The position numbers and the translations under genes are program-made. A DNA stretch of 64,000 nt from Antedon mediterranea (taxonomy: Eukaryota > Animalia > Echinodermata). The notes under the pieces were generated by a model. The model did no database searches, was not told where the DNA came from, and saw only the letters and a list, made by a program, of their open reading frames with translations. The DNA lies in the NCBI RefSeq assembly GCF_964355755.1, contig NC_092679.1:7718201-7782200 (forward strand), in the 5' to 3' direction. Every line of letters begins with the position of its first letter. Position 1 is the stretch's first letter. Shown piece by piece: positions 26,789 through 39,205 of the stretch.

Positions 26789-27336
26789 CAAAAAAAGAAA
26801 GAAAGAAAACTAAACACACATGTCTCGCGTTTTGTGGGATGGAAAAAGATGACCTGGTAAATCCTTGTAATTGGATTCGACCATTATTATATGAGGGTTT
26901 TATTTTTTTAACCAACAAGGTGTTCGTGTTCACTTCACAGTTATTAATTTAATATAGCATGTAATAAATGTTAATTAAAGAATACATTTATAAAATTTAG
27001 TTAAATATTTTATTAATTATTTTTCTCTACGAGCTAATTTCTTGTTGAAAAAGACATTTTCATTCATATCCACCACCTACCTACTGTAGAAGTGGCATAG
27101 TCTTTCCAACAGTCATCAATAAATTATTGATCAAGAATAATGACATCATCGATTATGAGTCGAGTTTCTTCAGAAGATGCGTAAATAGAAACAGGTATTT
27201 TGCCATAAATTTATCAAATGATTGTCTCTTTGTTTATTTGTAAGCATTTGTTGTGTTTGTTTGTTGTTTATTTAGGCCTAAATTGTACCCACATTTGTGC
27301 ACTGATCTGATGTAAATCTCTCTTCACGGTCTGACC

Positions 27337-27978
27337 GGTTATCAGACGATCGGGGACCACGGACGATAGGGCCCAGACGATCGGCGGGCCCACTTCAAGA
27401 CGATCGGGCCCAAATCGTAAGACTATCGGGCCCATCAAGGGTGAAAGACGATCGGGCCCTGACGATCGGGCCCAACAAACAAGACGATCGGGCCCAAAAC
27501 ATTCTCGGGGAAAATAAAACAAAAATAAATACGCGAATACGCGAATACAAACAACACAAACAATCAAAATCAATCACATTTATTCATAAATCGAGAGTAT
27601 CTATTGGTAAGAAATTCTTAAAACCAGTTGTGGGAAAATAGGGTAAAATTATGATAAAATCAGAAAAAATATAATTTATTACTTTTAAATTAAAATCTTA
27701 AGTACGCAAGAAAAGCACGTTGACACTGAGCACTAGGAATGAAAAATGATGAAATGTGGCACATTATTTTGTATAACACAAAAGACTATCGGGCCCAACG
27801 CTAAGACGATCGGGACCAACTGGTAAGACGATCGGGCCCAACGTGGTTCTGAAAACACTGGACGATCGGGCCCAACTGGTATGACGATCGGGTCCAACGC
27901 TGAAGACGATCGGGACCACGTTTTCTGAGCCCGATCGTCTTGGGCCCGATCGTCCGTGGTCCCGATCGTCTGTTCCCC
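27337..27978. mobile_element. MITE with GACGATCGGGCCC subterminal repeats
   Basis: Inverted ends CAGACGATCGGG.ACCACGGACGAT; 8-bp target duplication GTCTGACC at 27329-36 and 27979-86. Confidence 0.85.
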
Positions 27979-28078
27979 GTCTGACCTTGTTGTTTCCCAG
28001 GGCCAAGGCTACTTCCCACACCACACAGGTAGGAATCAACAGCTTTCAGAGTGGGGAATGGCATACATTCTTTAATAT

Positions 28079-30184
28079 GGTTCTAGGACACCTACCCCCT
28101 AGACAGTTACCCCCCGGATGTTTACCACCCGGACAACTACCCCCTTAGGACAACTACCCCCTTAGGACAACTACCCCCTTAGGACAACTACCCCCTTAGG
28201 ACAACTACCCCCTTAGGATAACAATCCCCCGGACAACTCTGCCCCGGACAACCACCCCCTTAGGACAACTACCCCCTTAGGATAACTACCCCCGGTCAAC
28301 TACCCCCCCCCCCCCCCGGTCAACCACCCCCCCCCCCCAATCCAAAAGTAGACAAATATATAGGACCGGTTTCTGTAAAAATGAAATCATCTGTTTTTAA
28401 CGGGTGTTTCGAAACTAGAGACCCGAGACCAGAGACCTGACATGAGACCCAAAACGAAAAGGGATACCTATATTTGGGTCTCCCTTTTCGTATATTAGGG
28501 TCTCCCTTTTCGTATAGTGTGGTCTCTCTTTTCGTATAGTGGGGTCTCCCTTTTCTTATAGTGGGGTCTCCCTTTTCTTATAGTGGGGTCTCCCTTTTCT
28601 TATAGTGGGTCTCCCTTTTCGTATATTTGGGTCTCCCATTTTGTATATTTGGGTCTCCCTTTTTGTATAATTGGGTCTCCCTTTTTGTATATTTAGGTCT
28701 CCCTTTTCGTATATTAGGGTCTCCCTTTTCGTCGTATAGTGGGGTCTCCCTTTTCGTATAGTGGGGTCTCCCTTTTCGTACGTGGGTCTCCCTTTTCGTA
28801 TTGGGTCTCGGGTCTCTGGTCTCTGGTCTCGGGTCTCTAGTTTGAAACACCCGTTTTTAACCGATTATTCTGTTTAACAGCACGCTAGACCCTAGATGTG
28901 CTAGATTTAAAGTACCGTATTTATTGAAAAAACGGCCTGGGCTGTTTATTGTTTAGGTGGTTTTTAGGTGGACATTTATTGGAAGAAAGTTGTTTATTCA
29001 ATGGGAGGGGGTATAATGTAATGGAAAAAGACCCCCGATTATTCCATATGATGTTTCATGGGAGTGACATGGTCACCGTTTAGTTGAGGGGAATTTATTT
29101 AAAGATCGCCGTTTATTCGGTGAGTGAACTTTGAGGTCAAATATCAAAAGTGATATTATTCTTCAAGTGTACAAAAATACATATATGACAAATTTGAGAC
29201 AAAAATTAATTCTTTTAAGACCAGTGGTTATCGAAGCATTGTCCTGACGCAAAAATTATTATTATTATTAGCGAACCCAGTCTTTACAGTAAATACAGGG
29301 AGTACTATATAATACGTTCGACTATCCTATGATCATGTGTGACAATCTTCAGTTTATACCAGGCTATATTTATGTTCAATCTTTTACTTTTGTTTACAAT
29401 AATGAATAGTAATTCGTCAAAGTAACGAATTAAAATATAGTTCCTATTATACACTGTTGCAGAGTCAGGTTGTTGAATGGTCTGGGTGGTAGTTGTCTGT
29501 CCGGGGGGTAGTTGTTCTAAAGGGATAGTTTTCTGGGTGGTAGTTGTCCAGGGGTTAGTTGTCCTACGGAGGTAGTTGTCCTAAAAGATTATTTGCCCTC
29601 GGAGTATTGTCCAGGTAGGAGGTAGTTGTCCTACGGGGAGTATTGTGTCAGAGGTAGTTGTCCGTGGGGTAATTACCCGGGGGGGGGGGGGGGGGGGGTA
29701 ATTCTCCGTGGTAATTGTCAGGGGGTAATTGTTCCTAGGGGGTAATTGTCCGGGGGGTAGTTGTCCAGGGGTTAGTTGTCCTACGGAGGTAGTTGTCCTA
29801 AAAGATTATTTGCCCTCGGAGTATTGTCCAGGAAGAAGTTGTCCTACAGGGAGTATTGTGTCAGAGGTAGTTGTCCGCGGGGTAATTACCTGGGGGGGGG
29901 GGGGGGTAATTGTCCGGGGTAATTCTTCCTAGGGTGTAATTGTCCGGGGTAATTGTTCCTAGGGGTAATTGTTCCTAGGGGTAATTGTCCGGGGTGTAGT
30001 TGTCCAGGGGGTAGTTGTCCTAAGAGGGTAGTTGTCCTAAGAGGGTAGTTGTCCGGGGGTATTTTTCCGGGGGGTTGTTGTCCTAAAGGGGTAGTTGTCC
30101 TAAGGGGGTAGTGGTCCAGGTGGTGATTGTCCGGGGGGTAGTTTTCCGGGGGGTAAATGTCCAGGGGGTGAATATCCGGATACG
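28079..30184. mobile_element. Non-autonomous DNA transposon with inverted arrays of GGACAACTACCCCC
   Basis: C-rich array at left, complementary G-rich array at right; 8-bp target duplication TTTAATAT at 28071-78 and 30185-92. Confidence 0.85.
28402..28852. mobile_element. Nested MULE-like MITE with GGGTCTCCCTTTTCGTAT repeats
   Basis: TIR GGGTGTTTC.AAACTAGAGACCCGAGACCAGAGACC; 9-bp duplication GTTTTTAAC at 28393-401 and 28853-61. Confidence 0.85.
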
Positions 30185-30912
30185 TTTAATATTAATACGG
30201 GTATTAATAATAACAATACTTGTATGTATGGCCTAGGCCTATAGACTAGGCTATGAATGAGGTAGGTGCCACCCGGAGAGGTAGAAATTCTCATATAACT
30301 TTTCTAGATCAGTTTTTTCTGGGGAATCCAAATATATTGGGTAAACGGGCTGTAACCTGAGAACTTTCGCGTGAGGGCGCTTTTTTCAAAATGGCTGCCA
30401 GTTACAGTAGACTATGATATCTTGGCAACCACTGGTCATAGAGAGTTGATTTTGGTGTCAAATTGTTTGGAATGTACATGTTCCTATTTGATGTAATAGA
30501 AAATTTTGTCAGAAAATGGCCGGAAATACCTCTATTGACCTTTGACCCAATATCTAACAGATATCATATCTCCGTAACTACTGGACACAGAAAGTTGTAA
30601 TTGGTGTCAAACTCTCCAGAATATAAATGTTTATATTCAAACTAATAGAACATTATCTGTAAAAACGACCGGAAATAACGTTACTGACCTTTGACCCAAA
30701 ATGCAAGACATTTCTCATATCTGATCACGTTAATCCTGTCAATTAATTCATTTTGTGCCAATTGGAGGTTGACATTCTCATATTATTTTCTTGACCAGTT
30801 TTTCATGTGCAATCCGAGTAATATGAGATAAATAAGCCATAACAAGGCCAAGAATTTAATTCTTTTACTACATACATGCTTCCCTTTAGTGTTTCAGTCT
30901 GTATGTCGTGTA

Positions 30913-31919
30913 TTAATCTTCAAGATCGCTCACATCACTGCAATCTGAAAAGTCTTCATATTCATTATGTGTAAACAGTTCCTGGACATCAGTGGGCATC
31001 ACTGTCTCAATCCATTTAGGCTCCATTTGTTCGTTCCATCCATTGTGTGTACTGTTGTTGACAAAATCATTGACGTCTGCTGATTGCCATTCTTTAGTAA
31101 TGAAGTTTGCTCTAAGTATATGAAACTCAAGGGTCTGCTGACATAGTGGCAGTAATGATATATCTGTAATCTTGTTGTGTCTGGAAAACTTTCTGTTGAA
31201 GATATCATATCTTGCTTGATTTACACTTTTCCCCTTCACTTCATACAATGGTGAAACATACTCTTCAAGTTCCTCATACAACTCTTTTGATGGAACATCT
31301 GACACTCCAAGGTTGCAGAATGTGTCAACACATTTTGCTTTTGATTCCAGAAGCTTCCAGCAGGTACGTTTTCCTTTCCGAACGAAAGCGGAGTTATACT
31401 CGTTACCTGTGAAAGCATGGAATCCAATAAGGGATGATTTCTGCGCTTTTGTTAAATCAATGTCACTCAATTTCAGTACATTTCGGTATTTCCCAGTGTT
31501 TGTATCAATAATTACCCTCTGCCCATCACCCTATGAAATGAGATAGTGAAATGACTGGAATGTCAAAGTCTCCAGAATGGGAACGAATTATTGCTACGCC
31601 TTGATTGTTATTTGTTAAAGCATGCTTTGCATGCAGGATGACTTTCGTGTCGGCTTCTTCTTGGCTACTATTAAGCTCCGGAACCAATACAACATCTCAG
31701 TTAGTAACGTAGATGCATTCTTTGTACGATGAAAAGTAGATAACATCACTCCTCATATCTGTTAGAATGCTTTCTTTCTTTGACACTAGTACACAGCAAA
31801 TAAGCTCAATCAATCTGGTCTTGTTTTTGCCGTTGGCAAGGAAATTGTTAAAATCACGGGGCAACTTTGATATTTTTGAGCTTACAATTACTTTTGGTGC
31901 AATACCGCGTCTGTTTCTC
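30913..31919 (-). pseudogene. Academ XPG-like nuclease region, C-terminal part, left arm (disrupted)
   Basis: ORF 30913-31470 plus upstream frames; in-frame TGA and a frameshift. Confidence 0.8.
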
Positions 31920-31959
31920 GCAGTGCTCGACCAGGATCCATAACATCATCTCACTTTAT

Positions 31960-33419
31960 TTTCGAATAGTGGGAAGAAACTCGAAATCAAGGCAAATGGG
32001 AAAGTAAGAGTAATATAAGCTAATCGGGATGTTTTAGGAAAGCTTCTTGCCACCTCAACAAAGCATGGTAGAATAATTGACTTGACTGAAAGCCTTTGAG
32101 TATCCACTTACCCCTGTCCCGCTAAGCCTTGCTAATGCAGATGGGACAAGACGAACAACTCAGAATAGTGTCCTAATGGAAATTCTCATCGAAAGTTCAA
32201 CAGATGTTATAGATCCTGGTCGGGCACTGCCAGCAAAGGCTACTGTCATTGCCTATGTTGTTGGCTTGATGGCATTAATCAGAACATTTACATCTTACCC
32301 TGATACGTACGAGGATCTTGTAGCAAAGGTTTTCAACAGCGTCCCTAAAGGATACAAGCGTGTTGATATTGTTACCGATGCATACCTGCCAAAAAGCATT
32401 AAGTCTGTTGAGAGAAACATACGCGGTATTGCACCAAAAGTAATTGTAAGCTCAACAATATCAAAGTTGGCCCGTGATTTCAACAATTTCCTTGCCAACG
32501 GCGAGAACAAGACCAGATTGATTGAGCTTATTCGCTGTGTACTAGTGTCAAAGAAAGAAAGCATTCTAACAGATATGAGGAGTGATGTTATCTACTTTTC
32601 ATCGTACAAAGAATACATCTACGTTACTAACTGAGATGTTGTATTGGTTCCGGAGCTTAATAGTAGCCGGAAGAAGAAGCCTACACGAAAGTCATCCTGC
32701 ATGCAAAGCATGCTTTAACAAATAACAATCAAGGCGTAGCAATAATTCGTTCCCATTCTGGAGACATTGATATTCCAGTCATTGCACTATCTCATTTCAT
32801 AGATGATGGGCAGAGGGTAATTATTGATACAAACACTGGGAAATACCGAAAGGTACTGAAATTGAGTGACATTGATTTAACAAAAGCGCAGAAATCATCC
32901 CTTATTGGATTCCATGCTTTCACAGGTAACGATTATAACTCCGCTTTCTTTCGGAAAGGAAAACGTACCTGCTGGAAGCTTCTGGAATCAAAAGCAAAAT
33001 TTGTTGACACATTCTGCAACCTTGGAGTGTCAGATGTTCCATCAAAAGAGTTGTATGAGGAATTTGAAGAGTATGTTTCACTATTGTATGGAGTGAAGGG
33101 GAAAAGTGTAAATCAAGCAAGATATGATATCTTCAACAGAAAGTTTTCCAGACACAACAAGATTACAGATATATAATTACTGCCACTATGTCAGCAGACC
33201 CTTGAGTTTCATATACTTAGAGCACACTTCATTACTAAAGAATGGCAATCAGCAGACGTCAATGATTTTGTCAACAACAGTACACACAATGGATGGAACG
33301 AACAAATGGAGCCTAAATTGATTGAGACAGTGATTCCCACTGATGTCCAGGAACTGTTTACACATAATGAATATGAAGACTTTTCAGATTGCAGTGATGT
33401 GAGCGATCTTGAAGATTAA
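31960..33419 (+). pseudogene. Academ XPG-like nuclease region, spacer plus right arm (disrupted)
   Basis: YPLTPVPLSLANADG motif in the spacer, ORFs 32176-32634 and 32862-33176, stops and frameshifts. Confidence 0.8.
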
Positions 33420-34123
33420 TACACGACATACAGTCTGAAACACTAAAGGGAAGCATGTATGTAGTAAAAGAATTAAATTCTTGGCCTTGTTATGGCTTAT
33501 TTATCTCATATATTCGGATTGCACATGAAAAACTGGTCCAGAAAATAATATGAGAATGTCAACCTCCAATTGGCACAAAATGATGGGAGAAATGTCTTGC
33601 ATTTTGGGTCAAAGGTCAGTAACGTTATTTCCGGTCATTTTTACAGATAATGTTCTATTAGTCTGAATATAAACATCTATATTCTGGAGAGTTTGACACC
33701 AATTACAACTTTCTGTGTCGAGTAGTTACGGAGATATGATATCTGTTAGATATTGGGTCAAAGGTCAATAGAGGTATTTCCGGCCATTTTCTGACAAAAT
33801 GTTCTATTACATCAAATAGGAACATGTACATTCCGAATAATTTGACACCAAAATCACCTCTCTATGACCAGTGGTTGCAAAGATATCATAGTCTACTGTA
33901 ACTGGCAGCCATTTTGAAAAAAGCGCCCTCACGCGAAAGTTCTCAGGTTACAGCCCGTTTACCCAATATATTTGGATTCCCCAGAAAAAACTGGTCTAGA
34001 AAAGTCATATGAGAATTTCTACCTCTCCGGGTGGCACCTACCTCATTCATAGCCTAGTCTACTAGCTATGCTGAGAATGCCCAGAGAAAGGTACTAATCT
34101 ATTCAGTATCATCATATTGATCA

Positions 34124-34816
34124 TGTTATGCGCGATTTGAACGATTTGCGCAATTTAAAATTGCGCAAAAAATTCCTTGCGCAATTTGAATTGAAACATG
34201 TGTTTCAAATTGCGCAAGCAACGTATTAAATTGCGCAAGTAATCTGCAAATTGCGCAAGGTTTTTCGACAGATTGTGAAATCATGCACACCCATATTTTT
34301 TTAGTAATTTCTAAGAATGATTCAAAAATTAAATTAAAGATAATATCGCATTTCCTTACCCTCCCGAAATTTTTTTTCCGAATAAAAAAAATCTCGAATT
34401 CCCAATGGTTCTATAAAATACCATATTCACACATAATATGAGGAGAAGGCATAAATAAATACCAATAGTAATATAATAATTTCAATTCAAATATCAGTAC
34501 TAATGACGATTAATATGACTAATAACGATTGGATTTTTTTTAGAAACAATAATTATTACGAATTATTAGACGTTTACTATTTAACTTAAAAATTAAATTT
34601 AATGACAAAAAAGACTAACCTTTCGGTACCATTCTCAACAACAAATGAGTACAATAATAAAAATAACAAACAGTTCGTTTTCAAATTGCGCAAAGGTGTC
34701 ATATTGCGCAAGAACTATCTTGCGCAATTTACAAATTGTGCAGCGCAATTAGAAATTGCGCAAGGATTTTCTTGCGCAATTTGAAATTGCGCAAATCGTT
34801 CAAATCGCGCATAACA
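34124..34816. mobile_element. Ginger-like MITE with TTGCGCAA arrays
   Basis: TIR TGTTATGCGCGATTTGAACGATTTGCGCAA, TGT...ACA ends, 4-bp duplication ATCA. Confidence 0.85.
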
Positions 34817-35084
34817 ATCATATTGAATTATTTGCATCCTATAGGGACCTACCTAGGCCTACTGTATATTATAACAAAGAACTTATAACACAAGAATCTC
34901 CTGTTCTTCAATTTGCATTCAAAACACAGTATCGGAAGTACAGGATTAAAAGGTCAAACTGGGCGATGCCATTTCACAGCATGGAGCATGAGCGCCCCCT
35001 CCAAACTAGGAAATCAATTACTCTACCCCCCCCCCCCCCTAGAGTATTAGCAGAACCCCTCTATGATTTTGACTTTCTAATTTG

Positions 35085-35370
35085 ATGCGGGCGCCCTACT
35101 CCATGGCTCACAATGGCGCCACCCATAGCTCTATTCTATCCCACAATGCCTTTCGAAATTGTTACGCGCTTCGGACGAACAGGAGATTCTTGTGTTATAA
35201 GTTCTTTGATTATAATTTAAAAAAAATAAGGTTTATCGCAAATAGCTTCCACAATGCACGATGGGAAGGGTTTGGAAGCAAACGTCAGAATGCGTACTAT
35301 GTAATTTGTTGTTTTTATACATACGCGTTGTGATGTTTGCTCCCAAATCCTTCCCACCATGCAACCGGGC
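35085..35370. promoter_or_regulatory. Candidate TMEM63 promoter with three ZNF143/Staf-like sites
   Basis: TCCCACAATGC at 35139, TTCCACAATGC at 35247, TTCCCACCATGC at 35351; locally CpG-richer. Confidence 0.45.
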
Positions 35371-35374
35371 ATGC

Positions 35375-35509
35375 AACGGTGCCGGATCCTAACTTCCGTT
35401 TGGTACGGTAAATTGCATTACGTCATAATCAGCACCCATTGGCTAATTATGACGTAATGCAATTTTACCATACCTTAATAGCAAACGGAAGTTAAGATAT
35501 GGTACCGTT
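35375..35509. repeat. 135-bp imperfect palindrome (tiny MITE or hairpin)
   Basis: TAACTTCCGTTT pairs with AAACGGAAGTTA; TTGCATTACGTCATAAT pairs with ATTATGACGTAATGCAA. Confidence 0.85.
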
Positions 35510-35615
35510 ATCTTTAGCCACGGGTCATTTAATATTACCTTTTTATAAAAAATATAGGCATAAGCCTAGTCTTTAATAATCTATCGGTACAGTTAGTAGA
35601 ACCCCTAATTCTTTA

Positions 35616-35788
35616 GGACATCCCTATTGGTGGAGGGACACCCCTATTGGTGGAGGGACACCCCTATTGGTGGAGGGACACCCCTATTGGTGGAGGGACA
35701 CCCCTATTGGTGGAGGAACAACCCTATTGGTGGAGGGACACCCCTATTGGTGGAGGGACACCCCTATTGGTGGAGGGACACCCCTATT
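35616..35788. repeat. 20-bp minisatellite GGAGGGACACCCCTATTGGT, about 8 copies
   Basis: Direct tandem repeat. Confidence 0.95.
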
Positions 35789-36136
35789 TTAGTTTATTAA
35801 GAGGAACATTCTCCTGTGAACATTTAGGTCAAAGCATATTATTATTATTTAAAAAAATGTTTTAAAAATTATTAATTTTTTCAGGGGAACAATACATCTT
35901 TAATTATTAACATATTTTGTTATGCTATCAGTTACAGTATGTATGTCTACTATATTATACCAAAAACCAAATAAATGTTTACACTGTTAGTCTACTATAA
36001 ATCATGTATTTATTCTATAGAATATTAAATTTCTCTGTGTTTATAATGTATTAGAATCATTTGTACTACTGATAACGATAGTCAACAAATCAAGTAATTA
36101 ATGCAGTGTACTTTGAACCTTTGCCATACACCATAT

Positions 36137-37689
36137 TGGGCCTGTCACGCCAAAATTGGTCCGGCCAAAATTGGTCCGGCCGGATCGATTTTGGTCGCCA
36201 AAACTAGTCCGGTTGGATCGATTTTGGCGCTGAACAGCCGCTAAAACAGGTCCGGCTAGGCCAAAACTGGTATTACCGTACAAACGAAAAGAAATTATCG
36301 AAACACTAATATACTGTAAAGGAACTCTACAGTAATCGGATTTTGGGATATTCTATTGTTCAGTTCGGTCTTGGTGAAAAGGGAGGCTCCAGCCTCTCCT
36401 GGGTTTATAGCCTCTCTACCCAAACAACGGCACACATGGTAAATTCATTTTTTTCTATTAATGTTTGTATATAAATGCGACGTATTACTATTGTATCGTA
36501 TAATGATATACAAAATATTAAGTACTTTATGCAGTTACACAAAGTATACTGTTTATAAAATGTAATTTTGCATTATCATGTGGATGATTATAGGCCTACT
36601 GTACTTTTCTACACGAAATAGATGGCGCATAGTAGTATTGGCTAAACTTAATAATATATTAACGACACAATCTAGCTATTTTTAAATGCGAAATAATTTT
36701 GAAAAAACCTAAAGTTTTAGGAGGGACATTTGTTGATGTATTGTCCCCCGAAAAATGATAATGTTCCATAATAGTTATTCACTTTGGTTTAATATAACCG
36801 TTTGTTTTTTCTTTTATAAATATAAGTGAAAACATTTTTTTTCTTTTTCTTTTTTTGGCGGAAAGGCAGGCCAAGTAGTCCTCATCAATTAAAAAAACAA
36901 CAAAAGTGTTCTTTTATATCATGCTAGTCTAAATTCGTGTCAAATTAATTTACTATCGTATCGGCTGAAACCATGAGTATTTCTGAAATCTAAATTTTGT
37001 AGTATGTATGCAGACAAAGAATAACTGAAATTTAATTCCTCACTTTGAAGAATAAATAGGTGATCATTTTATAATTTTACTGACATTTCATTATAAAACA
37101 GATGCAGTACATTAAAATACGATCGCAAAACGTTGATGTTGAACCCTCTTTTTTAAACCCTTCAGTGCAAGTTAAAGTTATATAATATTATTAAAAACAA
37201 GTTCTAAACCGCCCGGTGATATATACTGAAAATGTATTAATTTAAAACGATAAAATGAGGAAATATGTGAGAATATATATAATCAAACCTTATTTAATCA
37301 AAATATATGAATACAATGAATGAAAAGTCCTTTTTTACTATGCTAAGAGGGGGGCTATTACACGTACTTTATCCTACGAATTTTACAATAGAATAATGGA
37401 AGATTCCGAACTGAGCGCCAATTTATTCTTGCACATTTTTAATTTCTCCGTTTCGATAATTTCTTTACGATTTTACGGTAATATTTAGTATATTTACTCC
37501 AAGCATAGTTTACTTCAACCATTTGGACTTTTTCCAGGCTTCTTATGACATTTTTATGGATAACTAAGCGATTTTAAAGGCCGGACCAGTTTTGGCCTAG
37601 CCGGACCTGTTTTAGCGGCTGTTTCAACGCCAAAATCGATCCAACCGGACCAGTTTTGGCCCCGGACCAAATTTCGCGTTACAGGCCCA
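36137..37689. mobile_element. Non-autonomous DNA transposon with GGTCCGGC subterminal repeats
   Basis: Inverted ends TGGGCCTGT.ACGC.AAA.TTGGTCCGG and about 130 bp of complementary subtermini; no clear target duplication. Confidence 0.75.
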
Positions 37690-39205
37690 CCGTGGATACT
37701 AAGATAATTAAGCTCAGCTCTTCATTTCACTATTTTTAGGCCCTACCCCACCAATTTCAAAATCCTGGATCCGCCACTGCTTACATATAATAATCTGTCA
37801 AAAAAAGTAGTCCATAATTTAATTTTAGCTGTTGCCTGGGGAAGCATGTTGCCCATTCACAAGCTCCTGGGTGTGCTCTTGCAAAAGGGTACTGAACACA
37901 CACACATATTTGTAGATTATACAGAGTCATAAATTCAAAAAAGAATATATTTTTACTCATTTAATATGTGTTCACATGAGAATAAATTGGTTTCTATTCT
38001 CAGAAACAATTATTCAATGTCATATTTGCCAATATGTCTAAAAATTTAAAAATCTTTGATACAAATCATCCATTCATACAGTCATACAAATATTGACAAT
38101 ATTATGAATTTAATTATTAAATATTAATGTACTGTAATAATTTCCACAAAGTTACAGAAAAATGTCCTCATTTGAGCAATTCTCATAGATCAATAATTTG
38201 TTATTTTTTTTTGTTGCCGATTGCAATTTATTTTAAATACTGCAAACATACTGTTGTATGTCATCTTGTTACTCTTTGATAATTATATGAATTATTCTAT
38301 TGATCCAGCCTTATGTGCGATGAAGCATAAACTTAACTATGTTATCGACCAATCAGGTTGCTTATAGTTATCTGAGCCTCTTAAAGCCAAATGCGATAAT
38401 TATTATTTTTCCTACTAGATTGTATTAACTGTGCTGTAGCGTTGCATTAGTGTTTTCTCTCTTGTTTATTGTTGGATGTGGGTATGGTGTTTTAACTATT
38501 AATCCTGTATCAATTTGTAAGTTGTTTTATATTGTGCATTAATGTATAGTAGTATATTCTTGTTAAATATTTGTTAGATAAAAACACCAAACTGACAAGA
38601 ATCAGTACAGTATGTTGAAAACTAATGTTAATGAGTATTAATAAATATTGTATGTATTGTATTCAGATTTGTTTATTAGTGTTTCCTTGCACCACAGTAG
38701 ATATTTAGTTTCATAATTACAAAAGTGTATACAGTATATACTTACAGTAGGAAGTAGTTAGTATAAATTATATAGTGTAAAAGGTTTGAATACAATTTAT
38801 TTAATAATTAAGCTTCATACATTATACTTAATTTGTTTTCTTTTCGTATTTTCATGTTTATATCTTAAATTATAAATGAATAATGATCCCTACAAAATAT
38901 GAATGGAAATATGTATCATTAATGTTTTATGAAGCAATAGATTAGCAAACAAAGATGCCTACAGTCAATTGGTATGTGAAGTATTATAGAATCCTATCAG
39001 AGGCGGATCTAGCAGGTAGCATTTGGGTTTCTGATCCCTCTTTTAACGGCTACAATAACATAATATAAAATGTTTAGTGCTCTCTCGTTTAAGAAATCCT
39101 GGATCCGCCCCGTGAAAGTTTGGTTTTAGGACAATTGCTGTAAATTATGACAAATTGATTGTTTTTATTTTAGATCCATGTTGGTACTGTAATTAATCTT
39201 AGATA

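Larger units (their letters stand above)
30242..34061. mobile_element. Palindromic (foldback) AcademX-type DNA transposon derivative; arms 30242-31919 and 32412-34061, spacer about 490 bp
   Basis: TAG...CTA termini, 3-bp duplication CTA (30239-41, 34062-64), XPG/PIN-like coding remnants (EEADTKVILH, SGDIDI, FHAFTGNDYNSAF..KGK) on both arms. Confidence 0.88.

Noticed and set aside
27268-30294. Short repetitive ORFs (GPDRL, KRETP, PPG repeats)
   Set aside because: Translations of MITE subterminal repeats
32632-32634. Selenocysteine or read-through at the TGA shared by both Academ arms
   Set aside because: No SECIS recognised and other lesions are present; simplest as a pre-duplication nonsense mutation
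30913-33321. Host FEN1/XPG-family nuclease gene pair
   Set aside because: Intronless, disrupted by stops and frameshifts, and enclosed by transposon termini with a target duplication
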